From Gammaproteobacteria bacterium (lineage in GTDB: Bacteria > Pseudomonadota > Gammaproteobacteria > Nevskiales > Nevskiaceae): a DNA stretch of 64,000 bases. The stretch covers positions 37,986 through 101,985 of the forward strand of contig JAPLSB010000008.1 of NCBI GenBank assembly GCA_026398875.1, given 5' to 3'. A program made the translations under genes and the position numbers. The notes beneath the pieces were generated by a model. The model searched no databases. It was not told the origin of the DNA and saw only the letters and a list, made by a program, of their open reading frames with translations. Positions 58,938-64,000 of the stretch are shown here, piece by piece (positions within the stretch are counted from its first letter, which is position 1; every line of letters begins with the position of its first letter).

Positions 58938-60362
58938 ATGGTTTTTTCTTCGAACGTCTTCCTGCTGCTGTTCCTGCCGCTGTTCCTGTCGGTGTATTAC
59001 CTGACACCGAACAAGCGCAGGCTCCGCAACTACGTGATCCTTGCCGGCAGCTATTTCTTCTACGGCTGGTGGCGGATCGACTTCCTCGGCCTGTTCGCAG
59101 CCGTCACGATCTTCAACTACTTCGTCGGTGCCGCGATCGGCAATGCCGGCGTCGGGAAGCCGCTGGCGCGCCGCTGGATGAAGCTCGGCGTGGTCGTCAA
59201 TCTGCTCGTGCTCGGCTACTTCAAGTACGCCAACTTCGGCGTCGCCAGCTTCAACGAGCTGATGGCCGGATTCGGCTTCGAACCGTTCGTGATGGCCAGC
59301 GTGCTGCTGCCGATCGGTATCTCGTTCTACATCTTCGAATCGATCAGCTACATCGTCGATGTCTACCGCGGTGATGCCGAAGCCACCAAGCATCCGGTGG
59401 ACTTCGCGACGTTCGTGTCGCTGTTCCCGCACCTGATCGCCGGCCCGATCTTCCGCTACAAGGATCTGGCCGATCAGTTCGAGCAGCGCGACCACTCGGC
59501 GCAGCTGTTCGGGCTGGGCGCGACGCGCTTCATGCAGGGCTTCGTCAAGAAGGTCATCGTCGCCGACACGGTCGCGCCATTGGCCGACTACTGCTTCTCG
59601 CTGACCAATCCGTCGACGGCCGACGCCTGGCTCGGCGCCATCGCCTACACGGTGCAGCTGTACTTCGACTTTTCCGGCTACAGCGACATGGCGATCGGCC
59701 TCGGCCTGATGATCGGCTTCCGCTTCATGGAAAACTTCAACGCGCCGTACATCTCGCAGAGCATCACCGAGTTCTGGCGGCGCTGGCACATCAGCCTGTC
59801 GAGCTGGCTGCGCGACTACCTGTACATCCCGCTCGGCGGCAACCGCAACGGCGATGCCGCCACGCACCGCAACGTGATCATCACGTTCTTCCTCGGCGGC
59901 GTCTGGCACGGTGCGAACTGGACGTTCCTGGCCTGGGGCGCGATGCAGGGCTTCATGATCTTCATCGAGCGCGTGATGGGCATCAGCGGAGCGCCGAAAA
60001 CCTTCCGCGCCACGCGCTGGCTGATCACCTTCGTGCTGGTGGTGATCAGCTGGACGGTGTTCCGCGCCGCCAGCATCAGCGAAGCCTGGCGGATGTATCA
60101 GCCGATGTTCCTGCTGAAGAACGTCGGCGGCCTCAGCGATCCGATGCTGACGATGATCTCCGGCCTGCAGATCTCGATGCTGGTGTTCGCGGCGGTGTTC
60201 GTGCTCGCCGAGGGCCTGCTGGCCTATGGCCCGAAGCGGGCACCGCTGTCGGAGCGCAGCAAGGCGCTGCTCGTGGTCGGATTGCTGATGCCGCTGTTCG
60301 CGATGTCGATCATGAAGCTGTCGGCACAGGGCTACTCGGCGTTCCTGTACTTCCAGTTCTGA
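58938..60362 (+). CDS. algI: Alginate O-acetylase AlgI-like MBOAT, copy 2 (tandem paralog)
   Basis: 474 aa, collinear with copy 1. 47 of the first 60 residues are identical by my count, the C-terminal KLSAQGYSAFLYFQF is identical, and the last 33 nt are identical. Confidence 0.93.
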   Translation: MVFSSNVFLLLFLPLFLSVYYLTPNKRRLRNYVILAGSYFFYGWWRIDFLGLFAAVTIFNYFVGAAIGNAGVGKPLARRWMKLGVVVNLLVLGYFKYANFGVASFNELMAGFGFEPFVMASVLLPIGISFYIFESISYIVDVYRGDAEATKHPVDFATFVSLFPHLIAGPIFRYKDLADQFEQRDHSAQLFGLGATRFMQGFVKKVIVADTVAPLADYCFSLTNPSTADAWLGAIAYTVQLYFDFSGYSDMAIGLGLMIGFRFMENFNAPYISQSITEFWRRWHISLSSWLRDYLYIPLGGNRNGDAATHRNVIITFFLGGVWHGANWTFLAWGAMQGFMIFIERVMGISGAPKTFRATRWLITFVLVVISWTVFRAASISEAWRMYQPMFLLKNVGGLSDPMLTMISGLQISMLVFAAVFVLAEGLLAYGPKRAPLSERSKALLVVGLLMPLFAMSIMKLSAQGYSAFLYFQF

Positions 60363-60370
60363 TCCTGCCC

Positions 60371-60399
60371 GGGCTGCAGCGGCACAGCCGCTGCAGCCC
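60371..60399. terminator. Strong stem-loop at the end of the alg cluster (no U-tract)
   Basis: GGGCTGCAGCGGC-aca-GCCGCTGCAGCCC, a 13-bp perfect GC-rich stem 9 nt after the algI-2 stop. Confidence 0.5.
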
Positions 60400-60487
60400 A
60401 TGTCGACTCACCAACGCCGCACGCCTTCCGCGAAGCCAAGGCCGCGTATCGCGGGCTCAAGCATCCGGGTGGGTTGCCAAGCCCGGC

Positions 60488-60685
60488 TCAGTCCGGATCG
60501 AGCCGCCGATGCTGGCGCAGCGCATGCCAGCCGGCCGGTGTCAGCGCATAGCGGCCCGAGCCCTCGCCTTGCTCCTCGATCAGTGCACAGGGCGACAGCC
60601 GCGCTGCGGTTGCCGCGTCGAGCGCGCACTGACCGTGCTCGATGCGTTCCAGTACCGCCCATTCATCCGCGCTGAGTCGGTTCAT
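60488..60685 (-). CDS. Small hypothetical protein (65 aa)
   Basis: MNRLSADEWAVLERIEHGQCALDAATAARL... with GAGGAG upstream of the ATG at 60685. The longer track start would run through the upstream terminator. Confidence 0.5.
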   Translation of the reverse strand: MNRLSADEWAVLERIEHGQCALDAATAARLSPCALIEEQGEGSGRYALTPAGWHALRQHRRLDPD

Positions 60686-60748
60686 GGTCGAAATCTCCTC
60701 GTCGTGACCGGTCCGGTCTGGCGCCGGGCCTGAGCTTCGATCATCAAC

Positions 60749-60776
60749 GAAAAAGGGCCGGTGTCGCCACCGGCCC
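60749..60776 (-). terminator. Rho-independent terminator of the M13 peptidase gene
   Basis: On the minus strand: GGGCCGGTG-gcga-CACCGGCCC followed by TTTTTC. It lies 32 nt downstream of the stop at 60808. Confidence 0.78.
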
Positions 60777-60807
60777 TTCATTCAGCGTCTGCTGCAGCGA
60801 ATCGGTC

Positions 60808-62859
60808 TCACCAGATGCTGACCCGCGCTTCCGGTGCCAGATACATCTTGTCGCCTTCCTTGACCTCGAACGCTTCGTAGAAGCCGGCCTGATTGACCAG
60901 CGAGCCGTTGCCGCGGATGCCCGGCGGGGAGTGCGGGTCCACCGTCAGGCGGCGGATCGCTTCAGCTTCGCGGTCCTTGCCGCGCCAGACCTGTGCCCAG
61001 CCGAGGTAGAAGCGCTGGTCGCCGGTCAGGCCATCGATCACCGGTGCCGGCTTGCCTCCGAGCGACAGCTTGTAGGCCTTGTAGGCGATCGCCAGACCAG
61101 ACAGATCGGCCACGTTTTCGCCCAGCGTCAGTTCGCCGTTGACGTGGTAGCCCTTCACCGGCTCGTAGGCGGCGTATTGCGCCACCAGCGCTGCCGTGCG
61201 CGCCTTGAAGTTCTTCAGGTCGTCCTCGGTGAACCACTGGCGCAGATTGCCGTCGCCGTCGTACTGGCTGCCCTGATCGTCGAAACCATGGCTGATCTCG
61301 TGGCCGATCACCGCGCCGATGCCGCCGTAGTTCACCGCATCGTCCGCGGCTGCGTTGAAGAACGGCGGCTGCAGGATCGCGGCCGGGAACACGATCTCGT
61401 TCTTCTCGGGGTTGTAGTAGGCATTGACCGTCTGCGGCGTCATGCCCCACTCCTCGCGGTCGATCGGCTTGCCAAGCTTGGCGATCTCCATCTGGTAGCT
61501 CACCGCCCGGGCCCGGGCGACATTGCCGACCAGGTCATCCGGCGTGATCACCAGCTTCGAGTAATCCTTCCAGCGCACCGGGTAGCCGATCTTCGGCGAG
61601 AACTTCGCGAGCTTGGTCTGGGCCTCTTTCCGGGTCGCTTCGCTCATCCACGGCAGCGTGTCGATCGACGACTTGTAGGCCGCCAGCAGGTTGCTGACCA
61701 GCGTCTCCATGCGCGCCTTGTTCTCGGCCGGGAAATGCTTTTCGACGTACAGCTTGCCGAGCGCTTCGCCAACCGAGCTCTCGACCAGGGCCACACCGCG
61801 CTTCCAGCGCGCCTCGTTCTGCGGAATGCCGCGCAGCGCCGTGCCGTAGAACGCGAAGTTCTCGTCGACGAAAGCCTTCGGCAGATACGGCGCGTATTCG
61901 CTGATCACCCGCCATTGCAGGTACGCCTTCCAGGTGTCGAGCGGCGCCGACTGCAGCAGCTTGGCCATGCCGGTGATGTAGCTCGGCTGGCTGACGATCA
62001 GGTAGTCGACCTTGCCGGCCATGCTGCCGGCTGCAAGCCAGGACGTGAAATCGAAGCCCGGCGCCAGTTCGGCCAGCTTCGCCAGTTCGAACTTGTTGTA
62101 AGTTTTCAGCGGATCGCGGTTCTCGACCTTGTCCCACTGCAGCTTCGCAAGCTCGGTCTCGAAGCCGAATATCGCCTTGGCCTTGGCCGCCGCATCCTTG
62201 TCTCCGGCAAGACCGAGCATCTTCTCGATATGGGCCCGGTACTGGGTCCGGGTCTGCACGTACTTCTCGGTGTCCTTCAGGTAGTAGTCGCGATCCGGCA
62301 GGCCGAGGCCGTACTGATACAGATCGACCACGTAGCGCGTCGAATCCTTGTTGTCCTGATGCACATACGGCACGAACGGCGTACCGACACCCAGCAAGGT
62401 CAGCGTCGCCATCGTCGCCGGCACGGCCTTGGCGTCCGGCAGCGCGGCGATGCTCTTCAGCGAACCGTCCAGCGCCTTCAGGCCGTTGGCTTCGATCGTC
62501 GCCTCCGCCATGAAGCTCTTGTACAGATCACCGATCTGCTGCGCCTCGCTGCCCACCTTGCTGCCGGTGGCGGTACTCGCTGAATCGATGATCGCCTTCA
62601 GATTGGCCTCGGCATCGTCCGACAGCTTGGTGAACGAGCCAAAGCGCGCCTTGTCGGCCGGAATCTCGAAGCTGTCGAGCCACTTGCCATTCAGGTGGCG
62701 ATACAGATCGTCCTGCGGACGGACGGCAGCGTCGATATGGCTGCGGTCGATGCCGGAGGTCAGCGGTGCAAGCGGCTTCGGCGCGTCGGCGGTCTTGCCG
62801 CAGCCGGCCATCAAGGCCACGGCGGATGCCATGAGGATCGTGCGTTTCAAGGATTTCAA
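60808..62859 (-). CDS. M13-family zinc metallopeptidase lipoprotein (PepO / endothelin-converting-enzyme-like)
   Basis: VNAYYNPEKNEIVFPAAILQPPFF, HEISHGFDDQG (HExxH), ENVADLSG. The TTG start at 62859 gives (M)KSLKRTILMASAVALMAGC with a lipobox. The alternative ATG at 62832 leaves no n-region. Confidence 0.9.
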   Translation of the reverse strand: MKSLKRTILMASAVALMAGCGKTADAPKPLAPLTSGIDRSHIDAAVRPQDDLYRHLNGKWLDSFEIPADKARFGSFTKLSDDAEANLKAIIDSASTATGSKVGSEAQQIGDLYKSFMAEATIEANGLKALDGSLKSIAALPDAKAVPATMATLTLLGVGTPFVPYVHQDNKDSTRYVVDLYQYGLGLPDRDYYLKDTEKYVQTRTQYRAHIEKMLGLAGDKDAAAKAKAIFGFETELAKLQWDKVENRDPLKTYNKFELAKLAELAPGFDFTSWLAAGSMAGKVDYLIVSQPSYITGMAKLLQSAPLDTWKAYLQWRVISEYAPYLPKAFVDENFAFYGTALRGIPQNEARWKRGVALVESSVGEALGKLYVEKHFPAENKARMETLVSNLLAAYKSSIDTLPWMSEATRKEAQTKLAKFSPKIGYPVRWKDYSKLVITPDDLVGNVARARAVSYQMEIAKLGKPIDREEWGMTPQTVNAYYNPEKNEIVFPAAILQPPFFNAAADDAVNYGGIGAVIGHEISHGFDDQGSQYDGDGNLRQWFTEDDLKNFKARTAALVAQYAAYEPVKGYHVNGELTLGENVADLSGLAIAYKAYKLSLGGKPAPVIDGLTGDQRFYLGWAQVWRGKDREAEAIRRLTVDPHSPPGIRGNGSLVNQAGFYEAFEVKEGDKMYLAPEARVSIW

Positions 62860-63119
62860 CCTCGTCAATGGATTGCGGGTGGCTGCGCGTGGCGCAGCCG
62901 CTGGTCGTCTGATCCCGATGATGACTGAAAGGTTGCATCGATGACCCCGCCATCCAACCCCTTGCCGCCATTTCCAACGGAAACGATGCGTCCGACGCTG
63001 CCGATGGAAATCCGTTTTGAAGCCGTTGGCATTCCGGGAGGACCTGGCGGGGGACGAGTACCGACGCCGGCCGCGTCTGATCAACCTCGTCCGTCCGGAA
63101 GCTGATCCGGTGGCAGCCG

Positions 63120-64000
63120 CTACGCCGCCCAGGTCTCCCGCAACTCCTTCAGCGCCTTGATTCGCCGCGTCCGCAGTTCGGCACCGATCGCGGCGCCGGC
63201 GAAGCCGTCACGGGTGACCGAGGACACCTGCACCGCCTGGATGCGGCGTAGCGCTTCGCGCAGATAGTAGGGCTGCGGGTAGTCGCGGTCTTCCAGGCCG
63301 GTGCGGCCGCGGGCGTCGCATTCGCAGGCGATCAGGAACTCCTCGAAGCGCGCCGGGCGGCGCAGCGCATCGACCCGTTCCAGCAGCTGCATCAGCGTGC
63401 CCGGCGTCAGCTCGCGCGCCTGGTGGACCATCAGATGCTCGCGGCAGACGTGCAGCGCCAGATCGCGGCAGTCGGCCGGCACCTTGAGCCGCGCGCTGAA
63501 CGCGTCGACGCACGGCACGCCGCTGGTCTCGTGGCCGTAGTGGCTGGGCAGGATCTCGGCCGGCGTCAGCGCCTTGCCGAAGTCGTGGCACAGCGCGGCG
63601 TAGCGCACGGCCAGCGGCGCAGCCAGCTTGGCGGTGCAGTCCAGCGTCAGCATCACGTGCAGGCCGGTGTCGACTTCAGGATGATGCTTCGGCGGTTGCG
63701 GCACGCCGAACAGCGCGTCCAGTTCCGGCATCAGCCGCTGCAATGCGCCGCACTCGCGCAAGGTCGTGAAGAACACCGATGGCTGCGGCTGCATCAGCGC
63801 CCGTTCGGCTTCCTTCCAGACCCGCTCCGGGGTCAGGTGATCGACTTCGCCGGCTTCGACCATCTGCCGCATCAGCGCCATCGTTGCCGGCGCGATGCTG
63901 AAGCCGAGATAGGCGTAGCGCGAGTGAAAGCGGGCAATGCGCAGCACCCGCACCGGGTCCTCGGCGAAGGCTTCGGACACATGGCGCAGCAGCCGGGCAT
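63120..64000 (-). CDS. cca: CCA-adding tRNA nucleotidyltransferase, C-terminal (HD-domain) part; the 5' end lies beyond the window
   Basis: The frame is open to nt 64000 (...RLLRHVSEAFAEDPVRVLRIARF...). The HD region has FGVPQPPKHHPEVDTGLH and LCHDFGK. Confidence 0.9.
   Translation of the reverse strand, partial: ARLLRHVSEAFAEDPVRVLRIARFHSRYAYLGFSIAPATMALMRQMVEAGEVDHLTPERVWKEAERALMQPQPSVFFTTLRECGALQRLMPELDALFGVPQPPKHHPEVDTGLHVMLTLDCTAKLAAPLAVRYAALCHDFGKALTPAEILPSHYGHETSGVPCVDAFSARLKVPADCRDLALHVCREHLMVHQARELTPGTLMQLLERVDALRRPARFEEFLIACECDARGRTGLEDRDYPQPYYLREALRRIQAVQVSSVTRDGFAGAAIGAELRTRRIKALKELRETWAA

Noticed and set aside
42444-60400. Calling the alg cluster a mobile genomic island
   Set aside because: I found no integrase, transposase, tRNA/tmRNA anchor, or flanking direct repeats. 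There is only a modest GC dip by hand counts. I keep it as a hint inside the cluster finding rather than a mobile_element feature.

Overview
High-GC, gene-dense chromosomal segment with gammaproteobacterial-type synteny. I saw no rRNA, tRNA, CRISPR array, IS element or integrase. About two thirds of the window is housekeeping. This includes argS, a SPOR protein, aroE, hemB, an ECF sigma/anti-sigma pair, glpK, trkA/trkH, thrB, cstA plus a ybdD-like gene, and def / LysM TsaP-like / dprA / smg / topA / tsaC / hemF. It also includes oxyR, aceE-aceF, three secreted metallopeptidase-type genes, a DNA glycosylase, a PhzF-like gene, an alkyltransferase-like gene and cca. The standout is a ~17 kb, 13-gene, co-directional alginate-type (GDP-mannuronate polymer) cluster at 43.2-60.4 kb. 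Its order is algD-alg8-alg44-algK-algE-algG-algF-algX-algL-[extra TPR-like gene]-algJ-algI-algI. That differs from the canonical Pseudomonas/Azotobacter operon. It has a tandem algI duplication and an added periplasmic TPR-like gene, and there is no algA in the window. The AlgG homolog reads NIRD where, from memory, Pseudomonas AlgG has its DPHD epimerase motif. A ~760 bp AT-richer non-coding region precedes algD. Other points worth a second look:
- a 148-bp hairpin-forming unit in three tandem copies after oxyR, with relatives at 26.0 kb and 9.4 kb;
- a REP-like palindrome translated in frame inside the aceF linker;
- a 3 x 15 bp repeat that triplicates the aceF stop codon;
- an orphan TadG-like membrane protein translationally coupled to a hotdog thioesterase;
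- an Ala/Gly-rich secreted low-complexity protein.
All family assignments come from reading the supplied translations against remembered family signatures. No database search or computed alignment was possible.
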